Both the position numbers and the translations under genes were made by a program. 64,000 nt of DNA from an uncultured Gemmatimonadales bacterium (GTDB lineage Bacteria > Gemmatimonadota > Gemmatimonadetes > Gemmatimonadales > Gemmatimonadaceae): NCBI GenBank assembly GCA_963701965.1, contig OY969695.1, positions 1,632,001 through 1,696,000 of the forward strand, read 5' to 3'. The notes under the pieces are model-generated. The model did not search any database, was not told the origin of the DNA, and saw nothing but the letters and a program-made list of their open reading frames with translations. Positions 30,411 to 40,958 of this stretch are shown one piece after another (positions within the stretch are counted from its first letter, which is position 1; the number at the start of each line of letters is the position of its first letter).

Positions 30411-31384
30411 CCATACCCGTGCTCGGCGCGGACGAGTTGCGCGCGCTCGTCTCCTACGAGGACCTGATCGAGCCGGTGTCGGTCGCGTTCCAGCGCTCGA
30501 GCGCCGGCAATGCCGCGAACGGGCTCATCGTCATGTGTCCACTCGGTGATCGCACGCGCGGCAATGTCTACGTCAAGACGGGCACGCTCTCAGACTTCCC
30601 GATCTATGTCGTCAAGATCTCACCCTGGTTTGCCGAGAACGTCGCACGCGGCCGGCCCCAGGGCGGATTCGTCGCGGTGTTCGACAGCCGCACGGGCCAC
30701 GCGATCGCGCTGCTCGACGAGCAGCACTATCTATCCGATATCCGCACAGCGGCCGCCGGCGCGCTGGCCGCGCGCTCACTGGCACCGGCGTCCGTGTCCA
30801 GGGCGGGGGTCCTGGGAGCCGGCGTGCAAGCGTACTGGCAGGTACAGGCGCTGTTTCGCGAGCGTCCGTTCGCGACCCTCGCGATCTGGGCTCGCGATGG
30901 AGGGAAGGCTCGCGCATTGGCATCGCGTCTCGGGCGCCACCTGCCCGGCGTGACGATCGACGTCGATTCCGACATCCGGCGCGTCGTCCGAACCAGCAAT
31001 GTGCTCCTGACTACCACCTCGTCCCGTGAGCCCCTGGTGCGGGGTGAGTGGCTGCGTCCCGGTCAGCATGTCACGGCCGTCGGCGCCGACGACCCGACGA
31101 AGTGCGAACTGGATGCCGATGCGCTCGCGCGGGCCAGAGTGTTCGTGGACGCGATCGACACCGCGACCGCGAACGGCGATGTCCATCGGGCGATCACCTC
31201 GGGTGCCTACCTGGCGGATGCCTTGGCCGGTGAGATCGGCGACGTGCTGGCGGGCCGGCTGGTGGGACGCACGTCCGAGGGCGACATCACGATCGCCAAG
31301 CTCGTGGGCATCGGCGTGCAAGATCTGGCGGCCGCATCGGTGTCGATCAGCAAAGCCGGCCTCGCATCCCTTCACGGCGCTTGA
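30407..31384 (+). CDS. Ornithine cyclodeaminase/mu-crystallin family protein
   Basis: LSDIRTAAAG, GAGVQA, GQHVTAVGAD and GIGVQDLAAA motifs. Confidence 0.9.
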   Translation: MTIPVLGADELRALVSYEDLIEPVSVAFQRSSAGNAANGLIVMCPLGDRTRGNVYVKTGTLSDFPIYVVKISPWFAENVARGRPQGGFVAVFDSRTGHAIALLDEQHYLSDIRTAAAGALAARSLAPASVSRAGVLGAGVQAYWQVQALFRERPFATLAIWARDGGKARALASRLGRHLPGVTIDVDSDIRRVVRTSNVLLTTTSSREPLVRGEWLRPGQHVTAVGADDPTKCELDADALARARVFVDAIDTATANGDVHRAITSGAYLADALAGEIGDVLAGRLVGRTSEGDITIAKLVGIGVQDLAAASVSISKAGLASLHGA

Positions 31385-31541
31385 GCACGACCTACTTCAG
31401 AGATAGAGACCTCGGTCACCAATTCCCTCGCATTCTCCCGGAAGCAGGGATCCGCAAACGAATCCGCCACAAGCCCAACGAGCGAGTCGCGGGTGTTGCG
31501 GGATATGGCAGTGTCCGACGCCAAGTCATATGTTTGGGCGC

Positions 31542-32879
31542 ATGAGAAGCCCTCAGCATCCCTATTGTCCTGGGCGCGACACTCGTGGCGGCGTGTTCGA
31601 GCACCAGTAACTCGATCCTGAATCCGTTCACCGGACCGGAACGTGTCATCAATGTCGGCTCGGGCACCGCCTACAGCTGCGCGCTGACGTCGCTCGGTCA
31701 CGTCTACTGCTGGGGCTTCAATGCCGACGGCGAACTCGGCAACCGTGGCGTCGCCGATACCAGCCTGCCGGTGTCCATCACCGACTCGGCCACGAACCAC
31801 TTCATCGAACTGTCGGTCGGCGACAATCACGCCTGCGCCCTAACCACGGGCGGCACGCCCGTGTGCTGGGGGAGCAATGATTTCGGTCAGCTCGGCACGG
31901 GCGTGAGCGCGACAGCGATCCCAGCGGCGGTTCCGGGCGCGCCGGCGCTGACGCGCGTACGGACGTCGGCCGGCAGCACCTGCGGCCTCGCCAAATCTGA
32001 TGGAGCACTTTGGTGCTGGGGGGCGCTGCTCCTTCCGGTCGCCAGCAACATTGCCGTACCGACCAGGATCGCCACCCCGGTCAAGTTCTCGGACGTGCGA
32101 CCTGGTGGATCGTTCATCGTGCGGGATAGGCATCGACCGGCAGGTGTACTGCTGGGGCACGGCTAAATACGGCGAGTTGGGCAACCCGACGGTCGTGACG
32201 GGCGACTCCGTGAGCGCCGTGGAGTCGGCCACCGTCCCGACCAAGGTGGCGGCTCTAGCCGGACACAGCATTGTTGCGCTCGTGGTCCTGTCGGGCGCTC
32301 CCGACCAAAACTGCAGCGCAGTGAGCGGCGTGCCGTGCCAGATTATCGACGAGAATGGTGGCTCGGTCTGCGCGGCCGAGGACAATGGGACCACGTGGTG
32401 CTGGGGAGCTCGATCACTTCGGAAACGCCGGTCCGCTCACGACCACGCCGCATAGTGATGCGAACATCAACGTCAACTATCTGCCGGTGACACTGACCGG
32501 CGCCAAGCCATACACCGCGTTTGCTCACGCGTCAAACGCTGCGAGCCTGTGTGGATGGAACGCGAGCGGCTCAGCCGAGTGCTGGGGCGACAACAGCTTT
32601 GGCGAGCTGGGATCCGCAGGTTTTGGCGGTCCAGTCCCCGCGCCGATCAGCGGCATGCTGACGTTCACGGCGATCGGCATGGGGAGCGAGCACGCGTGCG
32701 GCCTCACGAGCGGCAAGGACGTGTATTGCTGGGGCGAGGACGGCTACGGCCAGTTCGGCAACGGCACCGTCAACGCCGGCACCGCCACCCAGTTGGGAGT
32801 CTACCAACCCACTCCGGTGCTGGGCCTCCCTGGCACATCACACCCACCGACCCAGGTCACGGCGGCGTCCCACCGGTAG
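31542..32879 (+). CDS. RCC1-repeat lipoprotein, split by several frameshifts
   Basis: Repeated C-W-G-x-N-x-x-G-[EQ]-L-G units across ORFs 31585..32166, 32000..32455 and 32355..32879; lipobox LVAAC. Confidence 0.75.
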
Positions 32880-33110
32880 CGGACACACTCGCGCTCCCGT
32901 GCTTTGCGCCAGACCGCCCCAGTTTGATTCCACGGACCGCGCCATGCCTGTTTGAGTCGGCGAGGGGGGATGACCGGCAGACAAGAGGCTCCCGGGCGTA
33001 CACCGGGGTGAAGCCACCAGGGTGTGTAGAGCTTCGCGAAGGGCGAAGGTACTGGCTGCAGCGGCCACTGAGTTCGAACCGTTTGGCGGCGGCATGGGAG
33101 GTAATGCACC

Positions 33111-33566
33111 ATGGCTAAGAGCGCCCACAAGATTGTCACGACGGACGCCGAGATCGACGCGGCAATCGCCAAGGCGGAACTCTATCCGCCCCACGCGGTC
33201 ATTGCAGCGACGTACGACCAGGCAGAGGACGCCATCGCCATTCGCTTCGCCGATGGCGTCGAGCTCCGTATTCCTCGACGTCTCGTGCAAGGACTCCAGC
33301 GCGCGACGCCCAATCAGCTCAAAGACATTGCGATCGAAGGACCGGGCACGGGGCTCGTCTGGCCTGCGCTAGGGGTAGCGCACTACGTCCCCGGTCTCGT
33401 CGCCGGTACCTTCGGCACGCGTCAATGGATGGCGGAGATCGGACGTCGGGGAGGTGCGCGGCGGACCCACGCCAAAGCCATCGCCGCTCGCGCAAACGGC
33501 GCGAAAGGCGGCCGACCACGAAAGCGGGCGACAAGCGCGAGTACTCGAGGCAAGCGATCGGTGTAG
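33111..33566 (+). CDS. DUF2442 domain protein (antitoxin-like)
   Basis: IRFADG...VQGL...GLVWPALG...VPGLVAGTFGTRQWM plus tail AARANGAKGGRPRK. Confidence 0.85.
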   Translation: MAKSAHKIVTTDAEIDAAIAKAELYPPHAVIAATYDQAEDAIAIRFADGVELRIPRRLVQGLQRATPNQLKDIAIEGPGTGLVWPALGVAHYVPGLVAGTFGTRQWMAEIGRRGGARRTHAKAIAARANGAKGGRPRKRATSASTRGKRSV

Positions 33567-33741
33567 TTATCAGTGCTCGTCTCCGACTGCGGGACGCTAG
33601 CGAGACACGGAGACGCTGCTGACGTGCTAGACGCAGCCGGATAACGAAACGCTCCTCGTTGAAGGCGCGAAGGGCGTTCTCTTCAGCAACCGTAACTGGT
33701 CAAGCGTACCAGCGAGTGACCGCGTCATGGAAAAAAGCGAC

Positions 33742-33804
<63 letters not shown>

Positions 33805-33899
33805 AGACCTCGGTCGTCTGACACCAGGCAACGGGTCATCCGTGACACGGCGCAATGTGCTCTAACGGGAATAGATGAGAGACGCGGCGGAGCAAGACG

Positions 33900-34682
33900 T
33901 CAGAGTAGCTTCGACATAACTACGACGTCCTGGCCAACAGTATACGGTGCGCGATACGGTGCGCGGAGAAGACCTTCGGCGACAAGGCCTGATTGTCTTA
34001 GCAGGAGCACAACTCTCGAATCGGTGAGGGGATGTAGGAAGTAGATCTTGCGTTGCTTGAGTGCAGTTGCGCGTTGCATCGCCTCCCGCACGAGTTCAGC
34101 CAGGCTCTCTTCGTGGTCGGTTGCGCGCAGGAGGATTCCTTTCACGGATCCCCCACGTTTCGGTACGAGAATGACTGCCGCGACACACCCGGTGCCGGCG
34201 CGGAGACACACGAGCCGCTTCGGTTTATCAGCATAAGTGACAGTTGCCTTACTGCGTGCCGCCGATACAATGCGGCGAGCATAATCAAGCGACACGTCGT
34301 GCCAAGTCGCGGCGAACATCGTGCGAACAGCGCTTGCTAGCGATCGACGGTCAAAGCTCCTTGGCTCCGCTATAGTGCCCGGTACGATCGAGACAGGAAT
34401 GGGCTGTCGATACTCGTAGTCGTCGGCGACTAGAAACTTGCCGAACACGAGTTCGTCATGGCCGGTAGAGTCATGGGCGGTAGAGTAGTGGCGGGCTAGG
34501 TGTCCTTCGATACGCATTCCAGCGGCAAGCAAGTACTGTACGGTGCCAACGGCGGTGTCTGGAGCTGTACAGTACACTTTGCGCGCGCCCAGACTCCGAG
34601 CTCGCGTTTCGATTGCCCGGCGCGTAGCCAGGGCGTAACCGCGACGTCGAGCGCCGGATTTCATCATCGAACGTCTCGCCAA
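33900..34682 (-). CDS. Tandem GNAT-fold protein, probably 5'-truncated
   Basis: Two GNAT-like C-terminal motifs (ARKVYCT...GMRIEGHLARHY and RKIYFL...GLVAEGLLRAPY). No convincing start. Confidence 0.55.
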   Translation of the reverse strand: MARRSMMKSGARRRGYALATRRAIETRARSLGARKVYCTAPDTAVGTVQYLLAAGMRIEGHLARHYSTAHDSTGHDELVFGKFLVADDYEYRQPIPVSIVPGTIAEPRSFDRRSLASAVRTMFAATWHDVSLDYARRIVSAARSKATVTYADKPKRLVCLRAGTGCVAAVILVPKRGGSVKGILLRATDHEESLAELVREAMQRATALKQRKIYFLHPLTDSRVVLLLRQSGLVAEGLLRAPYRAPYTVGQDVVVMSKLL

Positions 34683-35076
34683 GGCACGCGCCTATTCGTC
34701 CGAGCAGTGGCGGCCCTCTCGGCGGCGCTGTCGTTCGCGGCCGTCGATCCCTCCGGGCATCACGGGTGGCGCGATGGCGCTGGCGGCCTCGCCTGGTGAA
34801 CGGCGGCTGCGGTGTGAGGGTGGCGTCGGTGGCAGCGTCGCGCGGGTCCCACAGCGGAACGCGGCCTATTCAGTCCGACGTTCCGGATCTTAGATAAGCT
34901 GCTTTCTGCGATGGGTCCTTCGTGGACGACGTTCGGGCAGGTAGTGGACCGAACGATCGAGAAGATGCCGGCGAGCAAGCCTGAAGACTCGAAGCGACGT
35001 CGGGCGTGAACGCGGCCGACCTTTACTGCCGGCGCCGAACGGTAGAACCAGCGCAGCAGCCGGTCGCTCATAATCA

Positions 35077-35212
35077 GTGGGCGTTGAACGGCGTGGTCGC
35101 GAGCATCGCCCATCTCGCCTATCACCTGGGCGCGATGCGTCAGATCGACGGCGCGGCGCGCGGGCCAACGGCGGAAGACGAAGCGCGTGCCGGGCCGCGC
35201 GTCGAGCCGTAG
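35077..35212 (+). pseudogene. C-terminal remnant of a DinB-like protein
   Basis: VASIAHLAYHLGAMRQI resembles the DinB HxxxH C-terminal helix; no N-terminus found. Confidence 0.5.
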
Positions 35213-36354
35213 GGGAAGTACGCCTTGAGCCGAAGCATCGGCTGCTCCAAGCAATACCAACTCGCAAGCGCGACCGCGAAGCTCGCCGCGACGCCGAGCG
35301 CGCTGAACGCCAACTGCGCCGGCAGGTGGGAGCCGAGGACGGCCGGCGCCGCGTCGGGCGCGAGGCCGCGGGCGTGGAGGAGACCTATGATCGGGAAGTG
35401 CACGACGTAGAGGCCGTAGCTGTAGCGGCCGAGGGTCCCGAGCGCCCGGCTCGAGAGCACGCGCTGCGTCCGGGTGCCGGCGTCCGCCGTCATGGCGGCG
35501 ACGACGAGCGCGGCGCAGATGGCGGCGATCGCGCTGTAGCCAAAGATCTCGAACTCCGGATAGTCGCGGTTGACGCTCGATCGCGCGACGAAACTGACCG
35601 TGATGAACAGCGTGCCGACCACTCCGGCGGCCGTCACCAGGCGATGCCAGCGCCGGAGACCGCCGTCGCTGCGCGCCGCGATCGCCAATAGCGCGCCGAC
35701 CGCGAGCGTATCGATGCGCGTGGGGGTCAGCACCCATGCGGCCATCGGGCTCGCGTGGGCGAGCCAAAGGCCGGCGCGCAACAGCGGACAGATCACGAGC
35801 AAGGCGACACAGATCCGTGTCAGCGTCCGTCGGTTGGCGAGGAGCACGACCGTCGGCCATAGCAGATAGAACTGCTCCTCGACGGCCAGCGACCAGAAAT
35901 GGGACGATCGCATCGGCGCCGCATCGAACCCATGCCACGCGATGAGATAGTTGGTGGTATAGGTCCAGTACCAGCCCTGGACGTGCCGGATGTTCGTGGC
36001 CGCTTGGGGAAATCGCGCCATGACGAGCGGGAGGAACGACGCACTGACGACCAGCGCCACGCAGATATAGTAGAGCGGGAAAATGCGCAGCGTGCGGCGG
36101 GCGTAGAAATTCCGGAAATAGCCGGGGTGGCCCTTACTGTCGAGCAGGATCCCGGTAATCAGGAAACCCGACAGCACGAAGAAGAGATCGACGCCCGCCC
36201 ATCCCCAACTCGTGATCTCGGCGACCACCTGATCGACGCGGGCGATCGGTGCGCTCCAATAGGCGGTGTGGAGCATCAGTACGGCCGCAATGGCTACGCC
36301 CCGGACCCCATCGAGGGTCGCAACGCGCGCGGATTCGTTCAGCGCTGGCCGCAC
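35140..36354 (-). CDS. Acyltransferase family 3 (OafA/YrhL-like)
   Basis: LDGVRGVA, GVDLFFVLSGFLIT, FYARRTLRIFP, HFWSLAVEEQFY and GRYSYGLYVVH motifs. Confidence 0.92.
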   Translation of the reverse strand: MRPALNESARVATLDGVRGVAIAAVLMLHTAYWSAPIARVDQVVAEITSWGWAGVDLFFVLSGFLITGILLDSKGHPGYFRNFYARRTLRIFPLYYICVALVVSASFLPLVMARFPQAATNIRHVQGWYWTYTTNYLIAWHGFDAAPMRSSHFWSLAVEEQFYLLWPTVVLLANRRTLTRICVALLVICPLLRAGLWLAHASPMAAWVLTPTRIDTLAVGALLAIAARSDGGLRRWHRLVTAAGVVGTLFITVSFVARSSVNRDYPEFEIFGYSAIAAICAALVVAAMTADAGTRTQRVLSSRALGTLGRYSYGLYVVHFPIIGLLHARGLAPDAAPAVLGSHLPAQLAFSALGVAASFAVALASWYCLEQPMLRLKAYFPYGSTRGPARASSSAVGPRAAPSI

Positions 36355-37063
36355 ATGTATACGGTACCAAGCGGGACAACAGGGCACCAGGCCGGATCCG
36401 GCGTGCGTTATTGCTTCGCCAAGTCCCCCAACATTGGTCGACGTCAACCGGGGGACGCGGAATTTCCGCGAGGACGGTTCCCTTGCCTTATCGACCGGCG
36501 ATTGCACATCGAGTCGTGCGGAATGAAACGGCGGACACCTTGTTGACGGTCGCTCCCGCCGTGCACCCGCTTTTGCCATTCTTGCTCGTGTTGGTCGGCT
36601 CGACCGGCCGGCGGCTGGGCAGCGTTCTAGGCCTACGCTGGACTGACGTCGACCTTGAGCGGCGTACGATCGTTTGGCGTGCGGCGCTCGACAAAGGACG
36701 GAAGACCTGGCAGTCACCGCTTCCAGAACTGGCGGCGACCGCGCTGCGCGAACGGGCGCGGGCGGTGGGATGGTACAGTAACGCGTACATCTTCCCTGCT
36801 CCGAAGAAGCCCGCCGTGTCGGCGACCCGACATCTCGCGGCGGTTTGGCTCCGGCGAGCGTACCGGATCGCCAAGATCGAAAGAGAACTGGGCGGGCTAT
36901 GGCACCCGTTTCGGCGGAAGTGGGCGACGGAGCGAAAGCACTATCCGGTGACGGACGTCGCGGCCGCAGGCGGTTGGCGCGACATCAACACGCTGCTCAC
37001 CTGCTATCAGCATCCCGACAGTGACACGATGCGCGCCGTCGTGGAGCTGAGCCCACTCGGGAG

Positions 37064-37087
37064 AAACGTACACACGAACGTACACAC
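37064..37087 (+). repeat. 12-bp tandem direct repeat, putative integrase arm-type site of the older island
   Basis: AAACGTACACAC-GAACGTACACAC, at the same position relative to att as the repeat at 54846. Confidence 0.6.
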
Positions 37088-37102
37088 CTCAGCGATAAAC
37101 GA

Positions 37103-37138
37103 ACTGGCGCCGCACGAGGAAGCTCGCACGGCGCCAGT
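37103..37138 (-). terminator. Hairpin downstream of the tRNA fragment (former tRNA terminator)
   Basis: Perfect 10-bp outer stem ACTGGCGCCG/CGGCGCCAGT; the inner mismatches become G-U pairs on the minus strand. Confidence 0.55.
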
Positions 37139-37148
37139 AGTTAGTTAG

Positions 37149-37193
37149 GTCGGGGCGACTGGATTTGAACCAGCGACCTCCTGCTCCCGAAGC
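37149..37193 (-). repeat. att site: perfect 45-bp copy of the 3' part of tRNA-Pro
   Basis: GTCGGGGCGACTGGATTTGAACCAGCGACCTCCTGCTCCCGAAGC is identical to 54932-54976. Confidence 0.97.
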
Positions 37194-37294
37194 TGGCTCG
37201 GAAGGTCACGAGTTTTGACAATTTGACGGACGCTAGAGGGAAACCGGGCATCGGTGCCGGGTTTTCGCGTTGTTCTCGAAGCAGTCTGCCGCAT

Positions 37295-37318
37295 GAAACG
37301 GGTCACGGAACGGGTCAG
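37295..37318 (+). repeat. 12-bp tandem repeat, putative integrase arm-type site (distal arm)
   Basis: GAAACGGGTCAC-GGAACGGGTCAG matches the repeat at 54846-54869. Confidence 0.75.
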
Positions 37319-37879
37319 CACGATTTTGGGCGATAGCAGTTAACACACAATGCTGACGGGAGTCATCTCGATCGTCGTTGCAGTTCTACAAGTTGTAGAG
37401 CTACAAGTTGTGACTCTACAACTACCAAGCGCTCAGATCGACTCCCCTGACGCCAATACTCGGCGCTCGCCTGCCATCGCACGCTGGCGTCGAAGGTGGT
37501 CGATCGGCGTGACTTGTCCTACCGCCGTCGCTGTCAGGTTGGATAAGAAACAACAGCGAGTGTGTGATGGGCTCGAGGCGTCAGTGTCGCCAACCCCCGA
37601 GCGAAGCACCTCGATGTCCTTCGCGCTGCGGCCACGAAGCGGTGTGTTCCGCACAATGGCATACCGACGTACTCGATCGGGCTCATCGCATTAGTGCCAG
37701 TGCCGCGAAGCGTGAGTGGGCTCGTAGTGTCAAGGGCCATTTTTCTGACACAATAGGGCAGAATCATGACATCGAGCACTCACCGCTCCCACGATGCGCC
37801 CGGATACTCTGGCGACTTCCTCAAAGACAACCAACATTGCTGGGAAGTTGGCAACATGGAAAAACACTGGAGAACGTGA

Positions 37880-38512
37880 TTGGCGAACAGCGACAAGCCG
37901 AAAACAGCTGCGATTGCGGCAGGCGCGGGCGTCGGTTCGTTCGTCGGGTTGCTCGTCGGCCTTTCGTCGGCTCCCGTGGTGGCTGCCATTGTTGGCGCAC
38001 TGGCTGCCGGACTACTCGCTCTGTTGGGCCTGCGTGAATCAACGACGAAACGACCGGCGACCTGTCGCGCCCTCAAGTGCTTCGCGTCGCGGGGTTCGGT
38101 GTCGCTGCGTCCTTCACGCTGATCGTTGGACTGGCGCTCCGCGCGCGCGACGTACTATCACCGTCGCCCAAACAGCAGGTCGCAGAGTGGCACAATGCAG
38201 GTTACACCGACAGCGTTGCTCGCGTGTTGGTCGCCTATCGCGACTTCGGTATCCTGCCGACGAATGTGACAGTCAGCGAGAAGGTACTTCCATCCCCGCG
38301 CACCAGGGACGGTCCTGTTCGCTGAAGCGCTCGATCAGTGCGGCTCACTGGACCTGCATCGGATTCCGGATGATGGGGAGCTACTCAAAGCGTACCTCAT
38401 CGCACACGGATCGTGGAAGCCCATCGGCCAGGCCGTGGCCGCGGTCCCGCAACCTCAGCGACGCCAACTACTCCTCTCCGTTTGGCAACTCATCTGCGCG
38501 CCGGTCTCGTGA
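37880..38512 (+). CDS. Membrane protein (3 TM) with soluble C-terminus; two apparent frameshifts
   Basis: ORFs 37880..38122 and 38077..38325 plus a third frame (GTVLFAE...WQLICAPVS*) ending in a GTGA overlap with the next gene. Confidence 0.55.
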
Positions 38513-39891
38513 TCGTGAGCAAATCGTTGGGGACATGTGCCGGCTTTCTCTACCCCTGCGTACTGAGTCTCTCGGCCGTTACGTCCCTGGCCCAGGGACC
38601 TTCGAACGCGACACTCGACCATGCGAGACACGCGGTCGTGCGAGTCGAAGTTGACGGCTGCGCCGCCGCTTCCCACTACGGAACAGGATTCTACGAGCAA
38701 TCGACCCACAATGTGGTACCGCGTATCATGTGATTGCGGGCTGCAAGGACATTGTCGTCGTGTCCGCTATGACCGGTGCACATCGCGTGGCGAGCGTGAC
38801 GCATGTGCTGCGGAAAGCTGACCTCGCGCTCCTGGCCGTCGACAATGTACCCGCGAGTACCACAGAGCTGGCTATCGGTACACCAACATATAACGCACAA
38901 GACCAGTTGATGGCGCTGGGCTATCCGTTACAGGCACCAGAGGTTGGAAGTGCCAAGCTCACGTACCGATTTGGCGCTCACACGTTACGGGGTATCCTCT
39001 CGACAACGCTGCAGAACCAAGTGCGGTCGGCAGGTGTGCCCGACTTGGATCTGCCGCTCGTCAGCCTCGATGGACACCTCCTGCCAGGCTTGTCGGGGGC
39101 ACCGATTCTGGATGCGCGTGGCGATGTCGTCGCGATCGGCGATGGTGGTGTCGACGAAGGTGCCGCCAGCATAAGCTTCGCGATCCCATCAGATCACATA
39201 CAGGCGCTTGCGGCCTCATCCGAAGCACTGAACGCGCCAGAGACGACGAGACTCACCGTTCTGTTCGCGGCTGACTTCGATTCCAAGGTCGGAACGAGCA
39301 CCCAATGCGGGCAAACGTCGTTCATACGCGTGCGCCAACGCTCGCTCGCCGATATGGCGCAGACAACAGACGATCCGTTTGGGCTCCAACAGCTACTGAC
39401 TGTCTTTCACATCGCCCCTCAGCAAGATATCCGGTTCGACGTATACCAAGACACGGCGTCGACCGCCACGTTCGTCTTGCCCGCAGGCGCCCAACTGCGC
39501 TACGCAAACGGATTCTGCAGCGCGCAATTGACTCCGGATATTGAGATACGACCTGCTCACGCAGACCGGCGGGCAATGGTTCATCGATCCCACGGTTACG
39601 TACCATGCAGCCGTTCAGCGACCGGATGGTTTGATTGCGATGAGAAAGGCCTGGTATCAGGTCAGTCCAATCACCGGCATATCGCCCCCTGAACGGTACG
39701 TCTTCGAAGTAGTCGCCCAGAAGCGCAATACGCTCCTCGGCTCATCCCTCACAAACGTGAACAACAGAGCGTTCGGTCAGTGTCGGCTTCAACCAATCGC
39801 TCCGGGCTGCGCGCAGCTCCTTCAACAAGACCAAAGCGCTTGGGAGAACGGAGTGCTCGCCATTCACCTGACGACATTTCCATCCAACTAG
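38509..39891 (+). CDS. Secreted trypsin-like serine protease; frameshifts near 38717 and 39545
   Basis: GTGF, TAYHV (His), DLALL (Asp) and PGLSGAPI (Ser) motifs; signal-like N-terminus. Confidence 0.75.
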
Positions 39892-40032
39892 CCGACCATT
39901 CCATTTCGTTCACAGCGCCATTTGCGGCGCGCATTCTACGGGACGAAGAGGATCGCGGGAGGTCGTGTCGGGCGGTTGCTGGCGCACGGCAATGACGACA
40001 TACCCGACTGATACTCGTTCGACAGGTAAACA

Positions 40033-40735
40033 ATGGAACCGCCCGACGAGCCATTGGACCGCGAGAGATTCCCTATACTCCGCGTCCTACCCGAGGCCGT
40101 CCTACGCGTACTGCGAAGACATTACTACGCGGGCGTGAAGGAAGCCGAAACAGGATTCCAGTTTCACGTGGCGGATGAAGATGCGGTGACCGGCGCTCTG
40201 GGAGAGCGCTTGATCGAGCCGCCAACGTGGATAACGGTGGATGGTCAGGAGTACATGTGGCGCACGTCCTACCATAAGCTGCGCGGCCGCGGCGCCAATG
40301 CCCCGGAGAAGCGCCTTGGCGCCAATGGTATCTTCCAGCTGGAAGTGCTGGGTCTGACCGGACGATTCAATGTGCGCAAGGGATTGCTCTTCCAGTCAAA
40401 AATCGGCTGGCAGGGCAGCGACTCGCAGTTGCTGGGGCAGGCCCGTACTCTGCTGGAGCTGTCGAGATCCGCAATCGTTATCGACTACGCCCCGGATGGG
40501 TACAAGGCGGTGGCGGCGACTGATGTTGTTGCAGCCAATGGAAACAGTAGACGAGTACGTCCCAGAGCAGCCCGGCAACTGGCAGAAGTGCTGGGGGATG
40601 GGCTCGTGAGCTGCACGAGGCGAAAATGGCCTCTATTGGGACGCGGAGCAGGAGCGGCTTGTTGTCGGCGGCGAGCGTGTCTCCGAGCTCGTGCCCGCAA
40701 GCGTCACAAACACGAGAATTGAGCGGATCCGGTAA
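40033..40735 (+). CDS. Putative PD-(D/E)xK-fold nuclease; apparent frameshift near 40620
   Basis: DEDAVTG...EKRLGANG...KGLLFQSK pattern resembles E...D...QxK nucleases. The C-terminus continues GLYWDAE in another frame. Confidence 0.5.
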
Positions 40736-40958
40736 GCACTTGGAGGCGGGAACAAGGATCCCAGGCCTTCTTAAGGATCGAGTGGCCAACGACGCGCGAA
40801 CGACGCCCCCTCTCATAGTCGACGCGAACAAGTACTCCCATGCCCGGACGACGGATCAGCATGTTCGCTTTAGGTTTCGGTACAGCAGGCGTTCATCGCC
40901 GCTAGCTGTTGCCGTCTTGCCGTGAGTATTGTCGCCAGCGACTTCCAACAACGTCAGT

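Larger units (their letters stand above)
36520..37148 (+). pseudogene. Tyrosine recombinase/integrase, catalytic-domain remnant (N-terminal domains missing)
   Basis: TGRRLGS, LRWTDVD, WHPFRRKWAT, AAAGGW and TLLTCY motifs; clearly homologous to the integrase at 53613-54883; ends at the att site. Confidence 0.85.
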
